Of a DNA stretch of 64,000 nt, positions 28,293 to 43,053 are shown one piece after another; within the stretch, counting starts at the first letter, position 1; each line of letters opens with the position of its first letter. The notes under the pieces are model-generated. The model did not search any database. It was given only the letters and a program-made list of their open reading frames with translations, and was not told the origin of the DNA. This DNA is from Eledone cirrhosa. Taxonomy: Eukaryota. A program made the position numbers and the translations under genes. Location: contig OZ024755.1 in NCBI GenBank assembly GCA_964016885.1, positions 25,544,001 to 25,608,000 of the forward strand, in the 5' to 3' direction.

Positions 28293-28494
28293 TTTGTTAT
28301 ACTTTGGGAGGGTCATGCTGCCAATAAAAATACACGCACCTGTTGGTTTTCATTTCAATTTATTACAAGTTTCCAGTTGGTTGGTTTAATAACTGTAGAG
28401 TTGTTTATTTGTTTATTGTCAAAGTTCTTTCGCCACAGTAACTAATTTGTTATTTTGTGTCTCTCCTTTGTTCTGTCCTACACCATCTTGTTTG
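28293..28494 (-). mobile_element. Older family H copy with the HHR core deleted
   Basis: Reverse-complement similarity to 26055-26322, including tgtcaaagttctttcg. Confidence 0.65.
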
Positions 28495-28802
28495 GTGTAG
28501 GACAAGGGATGTTACATTCGAAATATAAGGACGAATAAATATTTCCAAGATGATATAATCTCTGGTTCTTTTCTTTTTCCCCACTTTTTTCTTCCTCTTT
28601 GTAACCAAACCTCTTTGTTTCTTCACCCGAGTTTGTTGCTTGAATATTTACAACCCCATCTGTATTGTGGCGGATTTCTAAATACAATCATTTATATAAA
28701 TATATAATATATATATATATGTGTGTGTCGGTGTGTGTATGTGTGTGTGTGTGTTTGTATGTATGTATGCAGATGTTTTATTTTAGTTGCATCATGAAAA
28801 CC

Positions 28803-28883
<81 letters not shown>

Positions 28884-29117
28884 TTTAAGTGCTGAGGTAA
28901 GAGGTATAACGAGAGGTGTAGATAATCAGGAAAAAATGATAGGAGGTTTTGAGATTCACATAGAATATACATTGTAGCGGTTACCTCATACAAACCTCTT
29001 GACGATGATTTTTACTGTAAAACTCACAGAGAATAACAGAAGCATAAAGCAGAACCGGTAAACATTGGTGCCATGTTTACCTGACTTTGAAGAAAGTATT
29101 ATGTACTGAGAAGATAC

Positions 29118-29171
<54 letters not shown>

Positions 29172-29181
29172 ACATATACAC

Positions 29182-29228
<47 letters not shown>

Positions 29229-29312
29229 AACACATGCACATACTCACATATATATACATACACACATAGACATATATGTACAGATAAACATACATGCGGT
29301 GGTTTCGGTGAC

Positions 29313-29376
<64 letters not shown>

Positions 29377-29588
29377 AGTAGTAGCAGCAGCAGCAGACGA
29401 AGAAGACAGAAGATAGAAGGAATAAGACAGAAGACAGAAGACATGATAGATGATAGAAGACATACGATGGAAGAAAAGAGTCCATATACAACTGAAAAAT
29501 AAAAAAATAAAAGATGCTGAATATAAGTTTATATATATATATATGTTCAGTTGAATAGGAGGTTAATTATATGTACAAACATTACTAA

Positions 29589-29635
29589 TGCTCCGATGAT
29601 TCCAAACGAAAGTTTGGAAGAAACGATTGTCAGCA
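29589..29635 (+). ncRNA. Type I hammerhead, U4C core variant
   Basis: TGCT-CCGATGA-TTCCAAAC gaaa GTTTGGAA-GAAA-C gatt G-TC-AGCA; perfect 8-bp stem II with GNRA loop; GUC site. Confidence 0.7.
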
Positions 29636-29671
29636 ATTAAATGATTTGAACATAATTTTGATAATTGTGTA

Positions 29672-29737
<66 letters not shown>

Positions 29738-30034
29738 AAAGTATATATTGAGTTAAAAACTCACAATAGTTCCTTAGAATCAAAATTGCTCAAGGAAAAA
29801 AAATGTCCGAGACTTATTGTACAATAAAGAGAGAGAAATACAGATATATGCGTTCAATTCACAAGAGACGTAAACCGCCAGGGTTAAGAAAATACGGACT
29901 AAAGATAATACGTTTCACAAAACTCAATTAAAAGGATAAATTAAGATTTACAAATCGATTATAACTATACATAACGCATATATGCATATATATATATATA
30001 TGTGTTAGTCTCTCTTTCTTGTACTACATATATA

Positions 30035-30330
<296 letters not shown>

Positions 30331-30333
30331 GTG

Positions 30334-30372
<39 letters not shown>

Positions 30373-30559
30373 TTTGAACTCCTGAACGGGAGCCTTGCCA
30401 CTGGATGTAGTTTAATATCATACCCAGGACATTTTGTGTGTGTGTGTGGTTTATGTGTGTGTGTGTGTATATATACGTGTATGTGTGTATGTATGCATGT
30501 ATACCTGCTGGTATCTGTTCTGGTTCTTTGTGTTCTGTGTTCAAATCCCGCCTCCTGGA

Positions 30560-31395
30560 ACATTGAACATTGGAAGACTGCTTAATTCTGGAACAAATTA
30601 AATTAAAAAATGAATCAATTCAGGAAGAAGGCTGCACATGGGAACTTGAGAGGAAAAACACAGATCATAGAAGAGATGAACCACATCAAAAGCCTGACAT
30701 AGAGTTCCGACAAGTTCATTTCATCCCATTTTCAAGGATATCTCAATGCAATCCAGGAACAAAAAAACCTCAAGATCCTACTGCATAAAAGAGGAAAGTC
30801 TTCGATTGACAATAAATGTAGGCTGTGCTAAAAACCGAAGATGTTAACGACACTAGATGCCAATGTAGTATGAATATACAAGAGAAGGGTGATGTCTACG
30901 GATCATTGTTGAGTTTGCAGATCCAGTATTCAAAATACACGTTCAGCTTCATACCCGTTGGATTGGCAGTATCGGTAGAGGGTCGGACGCTATGCTTTGC
31001 AGCAAAGAGATACGGTCCTTTATGGTCTGAGTTCAAATCCCGCCGAGGTTAACTTTGCCTTTCATCCTTACGGGGTCGATAAAATAAAGTACCAGTAATG
31101 TACTGGGTAATTGCTGGCCTTGTGCAAAAAGTAGAAACAATTATTACAGTTTATATACCAACCCACTTGAACCAAAGTCTAACTGAACTTGGATTTGTGA
31201 AGAGAGAAAGTTGTTCCATAATTTCTAAGCTACAAATGGCCACAATATCTGAAAACTTCAAAAGTTGTAAAACGTTCTTACGGTTCAAAGGATGGACGCT
31301 TATACAAGGGACAACGAAAATTTCTTTTTTCTTTACAACCTTGCCACCGGGAAGGAGGCCGGTCGAAAATAAACTCAAAGTAAAAAGAAAGTAAA
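30560..31395 (+). mobile_element. R4/Dong-like LINE fossil interrupted by a SINE
   Basis: GYLNAIQEQ..DNKCRLC; IQEKGDVYGSL..LQIQYSKYTFSFIP; YIPTHLNQSLTELGF..CKTFL; 3' end runs into (TACA)n. Confidence 0.8.
30957..31146 (+). mobile_element. tRNA-type SINE nested in the LINE
   Basis: Close to 10020-10260. Confidence 0.8.
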
Positions 31396-31699
31396 TACAT
31401 ACATACAAACAAATACATGTACATACTTATATACATAAATACATACATACATGTATATATATATATATATATGCATACATACACATACATACATAGATAC
31501 GCACATACATATATACATATATATATATACACATACCCACATACACACATATATACATATATATACATACATACATACATACATACATACATACATACAT
31601 ACATACATACATACATACATACATACATACATACATACACATATCTGTATATGTATAATTGACTACGCACGTGTTTGTGCTCCCCTAAAGTCTATTTCT

Positions 31700-32830
31700 G
31701 AGGAATTAAAGAAAAACTCGTCTCCACCTCCAAGCCATCTCTGTAGCCCGTGGGGTGGGGGATAACTGATGACATAATTGAGAGATCATTATTTATTAAT
31801 GAACATCTGGGTTGTTTAAATCCGAATGACAACATGGTAGCCAATAGGACATATTCTAAGAGTTTTAACTCCTTGCTGTTCTCTGGCGAGGTTTCTTTGT
31901 TTCTTTCACAGCTTTCTGGACCAATAATTGGATATTCAATAGCATTGTGGTTGTGTTCTTTAAATCTCAAGTTGATTTAAACAGACGTTAGTTCAGGTTT
32001 AGCTGACCTCCTACTAGTTTGTGTCTCATATGGCGTTTCTTGGCTGTTTTAATGACAAACTCCCCACCCCAATCATATCATTATATATATATATATGTGT
32101 GTGTGTGTGTTATTGTTGTTGTTGTTACAGCTTTCACCTATACAAGTTTAGCTGGCTTTCTAAGTGGTTGCAACCCATGGGAGGTTTATTGGGTGTTTTA
32201 ATGATAGTAGTCCCAGTGTCATCATATTATTTCAGCTCACACATATACAATTTTAGCTGACCTTCTAGGATGTTACATCCCATGGGAGGTTTTTTTTTAA
32301 GGGGAAGGCTAGATTTGGAAGAAAAACCAGTGTCCATGGCGTTCACAGGTCCTCCGAGACCTTAATTTGGTATGTTTGGAGGACAGAGCAGCTCCTAGAC
32401 CGGAAATATTGATGCCGTTCATGTTCTGTTTTATTATTGCAGATATGTGTCACATTTAATACTTGTTACCATAGACTATCCTTACAATATATTTGTTGGT
32501 GTTGAGTGTTGAGTATTTGGTGTTGCAGCATAAGAAATAAGATCTCCTTCCCTTCTATTAGCTACACATTAATACACATTCTGCTCGCTTATCTAAACTA
32601 TACTCATAAAGTATCACCCGTAGATATAGGTTTTAGTTGATCTCATTTATATTTTAAGACATATTCGTCCAGGTAACTTTATAAAGAGGTATTGGCCGAC
32701 TCGTACAAGTAGATTGAAGTCTTATTTTATATCAGCTATAATTGTATAGGTCTATTGCTTAACATGTTTTGCTTCTTGTTAATGTTCTTTGATAATGGAG
32801 CCAGCTTTGTCCACTATGATAAGAATATCT
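31700..32830 (-). pseudogene. Possible very degraded Penelope-like RT remnant
   Basis: Minus-strand fragments in expected order: IVDKAGSII, SRPI, KTYI..DT, YQIK..AM.T, EYPII; many stops and frameshifts. Confidence 0.3.
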
Positions 32831-33208
32831 TGAGGTCAAACATTAGATCAAATATAATGATGGTTCAACAAAGAAGAAATACATTAGCACTGGTCAACTC
32901 GGACGTTATGTTTCAAGGTACTTGATGAAACACATTCTACAAATGATCAAAACATCAATAAAATAACAATTAAGTAAAACATCGTGTCTTAAGCTTTCTT
33001 TGATCTTAACCCTCTTTTTACTAGACAAATGTTCTCACGGCCCTCTTTCAGTGCTATAAAATTCAGAAGGCCATAAAAACTATAAACCATATGTGAATAT
33101 ATTAATAAAATAAAATCACTAAAACTCAGAGATTATAAAACAATATAAATACAAGATAAGGCCACATGAAACTTTACTAATAGCAAAAAATATATTATAT
33201 GATTATTT

Positions 33209-34470
33209 TTAGTGTGATGGGTGTTCCTGTTTGTTTTGGCAGAATACATGAAACTCAGGCTTCATATTTGCCAGTGATGCACTTAAGGGAATTTTTACGT
33301 TCTTTATAGACGAGCGGTATTTTATCTTTATTGTTGTTAAAAATAAAAATACAAATTCGCACAAAATATGTGGGAAGAAATGGTAGAATTGCCATTGCTA
33401 ATTCAGTTGGTATTGAACATTCTGATGTCACATTCAGTAACAAAAAAAAACAAAAAAAAAACAACACCGGCATAAAAACAATTTTGTTTTTGAAAGTTCA
33501 AGTTTGAGATATGAAGCGAAATTCATCTTGGCCGCTCAAAGAATGCTGGTTTAATTAATTCATTTCTATAATGAATGGTATTAAAATCCAATCTAATTGG
33601 CAATTTTTCTGTGTCTGGTAGAACATATTTGTGAGGCTTAGTGGTTATGGAGTTAGATTTCTGTGCATTGTATTACTGAACAAGATATTTAATTTTCTGT
33701 TGCTCCCTCTGCTTCGAGTTACAACCAGTTGATAACATTGTTCCCTCGATCCAATGGGATAATTGGTTCCTTTTTTCTGCCATGATTAGCGACCGGCAGT
33801 ATCGGCTCTTTTCTTCTTCCAGGACTTGTGACAACTAAAAAGTATCAGCAGTAGAAAAACCAATTTAAATATTTTCCTTCATTGGATCTGACAATTTGGT
33901 TCTTTACCTATCTTTTTTCATCCACACATACCAAATGCGTGACGATGATCTGCTTAATCGAATTAAAAGTCAAATTATTTATTTATCAAACAAAAATCAA
34001 TATGAAATTATTTCGTATTTACCATACGTTTATATTTTGTTTTCCTGGATTCTTTAGTTTTATTTTTCAAAATAGAAATGTTTGTTCTTCTCCTTTAGAG
34101 ATATATTCAGTTCATCGAGCTCCTAAGTATGTCAGCCAAATAGTAAAGTATCCCAGCCAATACTAGAGAACGAATTCTGCAAGATTTCGAGTTATTTTCT
34201 GATAAAAACAACATTATTCGGTTTTTATGTCTACTTGTCGTCTCAAAGATCTCTCCCTTGACAGCAATCGTGCTTCTATAATCAGTCAGTTTGCCAAAAT
34301 TGCATCCCATATCCTGGCATAAATTTACGGAAAGATGTCTATCCAATATGTGACTTAATGGAATTGATAATGTTAATTGCATCTTGTATTACCACATTCA
34401 ACTCTGTAGAAATGTTTTCAGACACTAATGTTTCCCAATATATCATGCAATAACTGGATGTAGTAGTTTC
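33209..34470 (-). pseudogene. hAT (Charlie/SPIN/Buster-type) transposase fossil
   Basis: YCMIYWETLVSENISTELNVVIQDAINIINSIK; RLLSRE; LYYLADI; ELAMAILPFLPTYF; C-terminus NMKPEFHVFCQNKQEHPSH-stop; likely unrelated insert at about 33580-33900. Confidence 0.75.
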
Positions 34471-34749
34471 ATTTCATACCGGTTTAACTGTTGCTTGAAA
34501 TTCTACACTTTTCCCGTCATTGTTTCTATACCATCAGTACGACATACACCTACAGATATAGTTATTATATTCCAAATCTGCATTCTTACAAACATGGCCA
34601 AACTGTTCAGCCTTTTCAATCTACACATAAATACGTAAATAATATATATTTACATGTTTACATTTATATAAAACATGTGTATTTGCATGCACATTTCTCG
34701 CAGCTTCAGTTAAATTCTGTATTACTTACAATTATACATATATATTATA

Positions 34750-35187
34750 CTAGCAGTAAAGCCCGGCGTTGCTCGGGGCTGCTCAGTAGCTGTGTTAAAG
34801 TTACAACGTTAAGTTCCTTTCTTGGCTTAAACACTTCGAACTCATGAATTTTGCACGTTAAAATTTTGCTGGCCCGAAAACTGTGCGTGTATTTTTGTAC
34901 TTTTGCACGCGTTGTTTATTCGTAACGTAAACAGAATGACGCCATAAGAGGGAAATAAATCGTCTCTCATCTCTATTTATACATTTGAACTGAAAAATCA
35001 ACACATTACATATTCGATATTTGCACTTGCCGTGGCTCGATTTGAAAAGTTTTTTGACCGATGTCTCCGCCAGACCTTCATCTATGAGAGTAGCAATTTC
35101 ACCGAAATTTGAACGTACGGTTTAGGAGGAGATATGTGCCGACCGTTTTAGTAGACAGACAGACAACCTCAGCTTTATATATATAGA
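34750..35187 (-). mobile_element. Non-autonomous Helitron (438 bp)
   Basis: Minus strand begins TCTATATATATAAA and ends with hairpin CCCGAGCAACGCCGGG then CTAG; sits between A and T. Confidence 0.8.
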
Positions 35188-35289
35188 TTAGTGGTAGAAC
35201 ACTGGTAGGTTATATCCGCAGTAGTAGAGCACTCAGTCCATGGGACGAGTTTGGTAGAAGTAGTTCCACAACAGTTAATTAACCATTGC

Positions 35290-35541
35290 CGAGGACAATT
35301 GTTTCACTTTATACTGCACATAAAAAAAAATCATTTTCTTGATCCCCTAGGTCCCGCATTGGGTGAAAACCTGCATTTTTCCTACTTCATCAAGGAAAAT
35401 CTTAAAGATTATCCAGCCATCAGAATATTCTCTTTATTTTCTTTACATATTGTCCAGGCATGCAGTTTTTAGGTCTATTGGCGGCCCGCGTTCCAAAATA
35501 CCTTATCCCGTGCAACGCCGGGTACCACTGCTACACTGCTA
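35290..35541 (+). mobile_element. Related Helitron 3' end
   Basis: Hairpin CCCGTGCAACGCCGGG at 35507-35522 followed by cactgcta twice; 5' boundary uncertain. Confidence 0.55.
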
Positions 35542-35635
35542 ATATGAAATAAAAGTGCCTATACTTTAGCAACGTATCGAGTACCTTTTTTAACAGTGGT
35601 CTTTTCCCGATCTTCATTTGGAATCCACCCTTGAT

Positions 35636-35726
<91 letters not shown>

Positions 35727-35730
<4 letters not shown>

Positions 35731-36016
35731 TGAAGAATAACATGGTCAACAGTACAAAAAAGGGTTTTATTTACAGTCTAACAATTGTTTCACTGATTAA
35801 GTTGTCTAAACATTGCTGAACACTTGGAGCTGTGCCACTCAATTTTAAATACGTTGTTAGCTTAACCAGATCTGGTTAAGCTAACAACGTATTTAAAATT
35901 GAGTGGCACAGCTCCAAGTGTTCAGCAATTTTTAGACAACTTAATCAGTGAAACAATTGTTAATACTGTAAATAAAAACCCCTTTTTTGTACTGTTGACC
36001 ATGTTATTCTTCACTT

Positions 36017-36017
<1 letters not shown>
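35727..36017. repeat. Spacerless palindrome with about 145-bp arms, centre ccaga|tctgg (35870/35871)
   Basis: Arms reverse-complementary with few differences; contains an HHR-like 3' half GAAA-C aatt G-TT; related tail at about 41484-41530. Confidence 0.9.
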
Positions 36018-36091
<74 letters not shown>

Positions 36092-36261
36092 TTCAATAGT
36101 ATTACTCCAAGATAAACTTACATAGGGATGCTAGAGAACTCATAAACTCGCCACCTACATAAACCCCTTGTTGAGTCAAACAACGCCGTACGCTAAAACT
36201 ATCCATAATACGAAGTATTCACAACCTCTAACTGGATTACCTATAACGATATTTTCTTATC

Positions 36262-37084
<823 letters not shown>

Positions 37085-37127
37085 GTATATATATATATAT
37101 ATATATATACGTGTATGTGTGTGTGTG

Positions 37128-37390
37128 TGTGGTTAAGCCGGTACAGATATAGCTGAGTGGTTAAGGAGGTACAAATATGACTGTGTGGTTAAGGTAGTAC
37201 AGACAAGGCTGAGTGGTTAAGGTAGTACAGACATGGCTGTGTGGTTAAGGAGTGTGTTTCAATACAAAGTGGTTTCAGAGTTCAGTCCTCCTGCGTAACA
37301 CCATGGTCATGTGTCTTATACTATAGTATCGGCTTAACTGATGTCTTGTCAGTGGAAATTGGTAGACAGAAACTGCAGATGCCTGCCTTA
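37128..37390 (+). mobile_element. tRNA-type SINE (second family) with about 5 tandem copies of its head
   Basis: Repeated gctg.gtggttaagg; tail gtggaaattggtagacagaaactg, as at 49607-49745 and 217-240. Confidence 0.65.
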
Positions 37391-37489
37391 TATGTCTGTG
37401 TGTATGTGTATGTCTGTGTTTGTATGCGGGAGCGTGTGTCTGTGTGTGTACCTCTGTGCGTGTATGTGTGTGTGTGTGTGTGTATGATC

Positions 37490-38115
37490 GCCAACATTAC
37501 CACCACCACCACCACCATCACTACCTCCAGCACCACCACCACCACCTCCAAAACCATCATTACTATCACCATCACCATCACCACAACCACCACCACCACC
37601 ACCATCACCACAACCACCACTTCCAACACCACCACTACCACCACTACCGCACCACCACCACCAATACCACCATCGCCACCATTACCATCATCATCACCAC
37701 CACCACCACCAACACCACCACTACCACACCACCACCACTACAACCACCACCACCACCACCACCACCACCATCACCATCACCATCACCACTATTACCACCA
37801 CCACCACCACCACCATCACCACCATTCCCATCACTATCACCACCACCACCAACACCACCACTACCACTACCACAACCAACACCACCACCATCATCACCAT
37901 CACCATCACCACCACTACCATCACCACCACTACCACCACAACCACCACCATCACCACCACTACCACCACCACCACCACAACCATCACCACCATTACCATC
38001 ACCACCACCACTACAACCACCACCACCACTACCACCACCACCACCACCACCACTACCACCACCAACACCACCACCACCATCACCATCACCACCACCATCA
38101 CCACCACCACCACAA
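37490..38115. repeat. Degenerate (CAC/CAT)n
   Basis: Directly visible. Confidence 0.95.
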
Positions 38116-38244
38116 TCATGATCTTCTGTCATATCGCCCTCTCTATAGTTGACGACTTATTAATCCATATCAAATGTTTCCACTTATGTCTGTTATCTAA
38201 GGTCTCTCCCTCTTATATGGCTGCCATATAAACAGTATGAACGC

Positions 38245-38635
38245 CACTGGCTTAAGGGGTAGGCTTTGTTGTCTATGATCGTATGGTCGCAGGTTCGATT
38301 CGCAAGAATTCTTTGAGTTCTTCAGCAAGAAATTTTATTACACGTTGCTCCAATCCACCCACTGGCTTAGGGGTTAAGTTGCCTTGTTTACAATCTTATG
38401 ATCAGGGGTTCGATTCGCAAGAATTCTTTGAGTTCTTCAGAAAAAAACCTTTATCACACGTTTCTCCAGTCCACCCACTGGCTTAGTGGGTAGCCTGTGT
38501 TGTTTACCATCATATGGAGGTTCGATTCACATTTTGAGTTCTTCAGCATAAAACGTTATTACACGTTGCTCCAGTCCTCTCAACTGGAGAAAAAAAAACA
38601 GTTGTGTGTCTAATTCAAAAGGCTAATCTTTTCAC
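38245..38635 (+). mobile_element. SINE with a triplicated tRNA-like head of about 115 bp
   Basis: ccactggctta at 38245, 38359 and 38475, each followed by ggttcgattc (B-box-like). Confidence 0.6.
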
Positions 38636-39299
38636 CCACCTTCGTGAAAATAAAGGTCGATAGATAAAGTACCAGTTCAGTACTTTGATCGATTTTTCCT
38701 CTAGATTTATTTATTTCTCTTTTTTCTACCCCTTCGCTTATCTTTCTCTTCTCTGAAAGAAATCAGTTGTGAACAGTCCTGGACAGGGATAGTCTCCACC
38801 AGGTTTAAATACCTAAGATACACCGTATGTCACGACGGCGTCCCTACGACTCCATCAGCAGTTAAGGGTCTTTGCATGTATATATATTTATGTATAGCTA
38901 TATTACTTCAACACGGCACAGCTGAAAGGTGTTAATACCAGCTTACCTATAGTTCTCCGTGTGACTACCGTCTCTGCAATATTAATTCTATTCTCTGAAG
39001 ATATCTATTTAAAATAAAGCCATTATTAAACAAGAATTATATATCACACAGTACCCTTCCACACAAACACACACACATACACAAACACACAAACACACAC
39101 ACACACAAACACACACAAACACACACACAAACAAACAAACACACACACACACACACACACATACACACACACACTCACACAGAAACACACACACACTCAC
39201 ATACACACACACAAACACAAACACATACACACATACACACAGACACACACCACTCCACATCTCTCGTTATCTAAATATATTCTTTAAAGATGTTTACAA

Positions 39300-40193
39300 T
39301 TGTAATGACGACAACAGCAACAACAACAATGTTTGTCAGCAACAGATTTATTTAACCACTATAACAGAAACTATAGCTACAATTACAGTAACTGTGAAGA
39401 AGAAGAAGAAGAAGAAGAAGAAGAAGAAGAAGAAGAAGAAGAAGAAGAAGAAGAAGAAGAAGAAGAAGAAGAAGAAGAAGAAGAAGAAGAAGAAGAAGAA
39501 GACACCAACAGCAGCAACAGCAACAACTATAACACCAACCATAACAACAACATTATCAATAACAACAACATTATCAACAACATCAACAAAAACAACATCA
39601 CCAATAACAACAACAATAATAACAACAACAACAACAACAACAACATCACCAATAACAACAACACCATCAACAACAACATCACCAACAACAACAACAACAA
39701 CACCATCGACAACAACATCACCAATAACAACAACAACACCACCAACAACAACATCACCAACAACAACAACAACAACACCATCGACAACAACATCACCAAT
39801 AACAACAACAACACCACCAACAGCACCATCAACAACTGCAACAACAACAACACCAGCAACACCAACAACACCAGCATCAACAACAACACCAGCAACAACA
39901 CCATCAACAACACCACCAACAGCACCATCAACAACTGCAACACCAACAACACCAACAACAACACCAGCAACAACACCATCAACAACAACACCAGCAACAA
40001 CACCATCAACAACACCACCAACAGCACCATCAACAACTGCAACACCAACAACACCAACAACAACACCAGCAACAACACCATCAACAACAACACCAGCAAC
40101 AACACCACCAACAACACCATCAACAACACCACCAACAGCACCATCAACAACTGCAACACCAACAACACCATCATCAACACCAACAACAACACC

Positions 40194-40233
<40 letters not shown>

Positions 40234-40430
40234 GCAACACCATCAACAACAACAACAACACCATCAACAATAACACCAACACCAACACCAACAACAACAA
40301 CACCAGCAACTACAACACCAACACCAACAACAACAACACCAGCAACTATAACACCACCACCAACAACAACAACAACAACAACAACAACAGCAACAGCAAC
40401 AGCAACATCAACAAGAACAACAACAATAAA
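39300..40430. repeat. (GAA)n plus complex (AAC)n satellite
   Basis: Directly visible. Confidence 0.95.
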
Positions 40431-40822
40431 CATAAACGGCAACAAACAATAAGGATAATAAATTTAAGTAGAAGATGAAAGAGATGAAAGAGAGACAAGA
40501 TGGTGCAGTTATTGCAGTAAATTAAATTACAGATTCCCCCCAAGGAATTATCTCGAATGATTTAAATCCTAAGAGATATCTCGGACTGGTTGATGAAGAG
40601 GAGGAATGGTGGCAGGAAGAGATAGAGAATAAGAGAGAGGAGATAGAAACCAGAGGAGGGGGGGGGAGGTTGTTAATAGACACAAACATAGAGAAAATAA
40701 GTTGATAAGGTGAAAGTGTGAGACAAAAGTGGTGAAAGGAAGTAGATAGTTCGAGAATTGATGAAAAAACTTCACTTTGGTGAATTATATATATATATAT
40801 ATAAAAGAAATATATATAAAAG

Positions 40823-40893
<71 letters not shown>

Positions 40894-40904
40894 TATATAT
40901 ATAA

Positions 40905-40975
<71 letters not shown>

Positions 40976-40982
40976 TATGTAT

Positions 40983-41133
40983 ATAACGAAGGAAATGTGG
41001 TAAGGAACCAGGTGGACCATAACGCACCAAAGTACTCAATACTTGAAGTAGTAGAGTGGGTAATAGGAACCAGTAAGACCCCGACAGCTGAGCTCAAGCC
41101 GTTTCGACGGCTAATTCTGGACTCGGGGGGGAC
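40983..41133 (-). mobile_element. Family B element
   Basis: Near-identical to 5873-6002, plus about 20 extra nt; (TA)n on both sides. Confidence 0.75.
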
Positions 41134-41142
41134 ATATATATG

Positions 41143-41205
<63 letters not shown>

Positions 41206-41234
41206 ATATATATATATATATATATATATAGGAG

Positions 41235-41294
41235 GTTTGTTTTTGAAATGCGCATAATAAAATATATTGAACTCCTTTAACCATCTTTTGATCT

Positions 41295-41302
<8 letters not shown>
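41235..41302 (+). mobile_element. Family F truncated copy
   Basis: Matches 41922-41995. Confidence 0.75.
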
Positions 41303-41337
<35 letters not shown>

Positions 41338-41535
41338 TATGCATATATATATACATATATATGTCCCCCCCCCCGCCCCTCTCTCAAGCGTGAAACTAAA
41401 AATTATACCATTTGTACTGCCTATCTGTTTTTTGTTCTCTGTCCATTTATTCAACTATACATTTATTTATATATGTATATAGTGAAAGATTGGAGAATAA
41501 CATGGTTGGCTGTACAAGGGACTTTATTTATATAC

Positions 41536-41582
<47 letters not shown>

Positions 41583-41665
41583 GGAGGTGAGTTTTATTGT
41601 AGTACAATAAAGCAATGCAGATATCGGATAAGAAGCACTCTACAGTTTGTAGGACTGGAGTATGC

Positions 41666-41995
41666 ATAATATAAGATCAAAAGATGGTTAAAGGAGTTCC
41701 ATGTATTTTATTATGCGCATTTCAAAAACAAACATCATCATGCAATAATATTTGTGTTTTCATCAGATAAAACAGGAGAACATGATATGAAGGCTAAAAA
41801 ACACTTGTGGATAGTGCAGTTTTGTTGATTTAAAACTGCACTATCCACAAGTGTTTTTTAGCCTTCATATCATGTTCTCCTGTTTTATCTGATGAAAACA
41901 CAAATATTATTGCATGATGATGTTTGTTTTTGAAATGCGCATAATAAAATTAAAATACATGGAACTTCTTTAACCATCTTTTGATCTTATATTAT
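41666..41995. mobile_element. Family F fold-back with about 160-bp arms (41666-41823 / 41832-41995)
   Basis: Near-perfect reverse complements with an 8-nt loop. Confidence 0.85.
41883..41949 (+). ncRNA. Type I hammerhead (family F; mirror copy on the - strand at 41706-41772)
   Basis: TTTTAT-CTGATGA-(36-nt stem II, acaaatattat/atgatgtttgt)-GAAA-tgcgca-TA-ATAAAA; palindromic TGCGCA. Confidence 0.75.
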
Positions 41996-42078
41996 ATATA
42001 TATATATATATAATCAAAGATTCCAATACTGGAATTGAATAATCAAAACCGTAGCGGTATGTCACATATCAAATCACA

Positions 42079-42141
42079 TATTTTGTCTGATGAAAACGTA
42101 CTTAAACACCATTGTACCTTTGAAATATGTATAATAAAATA
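42079..42141 (+). ncRNA. Type I hammerhead (family D)
   Basis: TATTTTGT-CTGATGA-AAA c GTAC..GTAC c TTT-GAAA-tatgta-TA-ATAAAATA. Confidence 0.75.
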
Positions 42142-42209
42142 TATATTTTGATTATGAGAATATTTTTCATTTATTAACATTTTGAATAATATTATATATT
42201 ATATATCAT

Positions 42210-42303
42210 TGAGGTTAACTTTGCCTTTCATCCTTACGGGTCAATAAAATAAAGTACCTGTAATACACTGGGTGATTGGTGGCCTTGTGCCAAAAGTAGA
42301 AAC

Positions 42304-42309
<6 letters not shown>
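42210..42309 (+). mobile_element. 5'-truncated SINE
   Basis: Matches about 31045-31144. Confidence 0.75.
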
Positions 42310-42336
<27 letters not shown>

Positions 42337-42398
42337 TATGCATGTATATATGTATGTATGTATATATGTATGTATTTATATATGTATGTATATGTATG

Positions 42399-42808
42399 GA
42401 GAGATGACCCCTTAGCCTTTGTCAAGGCAGAATTCTAGGAGAAGGAAAACTCTGATATAACACCTGCAACCCTGATGGTATCCAATGATGTTGACTTGTT
42501 CTTCTTTTTGGTAAATATCATCTTGGTTAAGAGAGTGGGACTGGCTTTGTGCAGTGCCTTTGCTCACTATAAAAGCTTCACGGCACAGGCAATGTTTTAT
42601 ATCTGGAGATCTCTCTGCACTTGTCGTCACATGGTACCATGGGCCCAGCACTATGTGTCAATAATTGTCACAAGTGTAGTGTTTGTACCAGAGTTTTCAA
42701 GTCGCTGGCTGGACTAAAAAGTCACACTCGTTCAGCGCATCGGTAGGGGTTCTCCTACATGGATATAAAGTAGTGGTCGTACTCGAAAACGAGTTGGCAG
42801 CCACCATG
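42399..42808 (+). mobile_element. Family M repeat
   Basis: Reverse complement of 54528-54937. Confidence 0.85.
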
Positions 42809-42877
42809 TATATGTATGTATATATATGCATATATGTATATATGTATGTGTGTATATATATATATTTATGTGTGTGA

Positions 42878-42915
<38 letters not shown>

Positions 42916-42982
42916 ATACATATAATTATATTTGCAAAGAGTAAACAAGATTAGAAAAAATGTTTACCTTTTTACTTTGATG

Positions 42983-43053
42983 TCCCGACTGCAGTTTCGC
43001 TGAGAAATCGCAGTTTTTTTTAGCACTGTGAGAAGTCTGAGCTCATCAGGGAA
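42983..43053 (-). ncRNA. Type I hammerhead with long stem II
   Basis: Reverse complement reads TTCC-CTGATGA-GCT..TCACAGT..ACTGCGA..AGC-GAAA-C tgca G-TC-GGGA; palindromic loop; GUC site. Confidence 0.75.

Noticed and set aside
33580-33900. Insert in the hAT fossil with a DRGN peptide resembling the PLE RT DKG motif
   Set aside because: Single weak motif
37241-40478. Extensin-, His-rich-, mucin- and Asn-rich-like ORFs
   Set aside because: Trinucleotide satellites open in multiple frames on both strands, with no exon evidence
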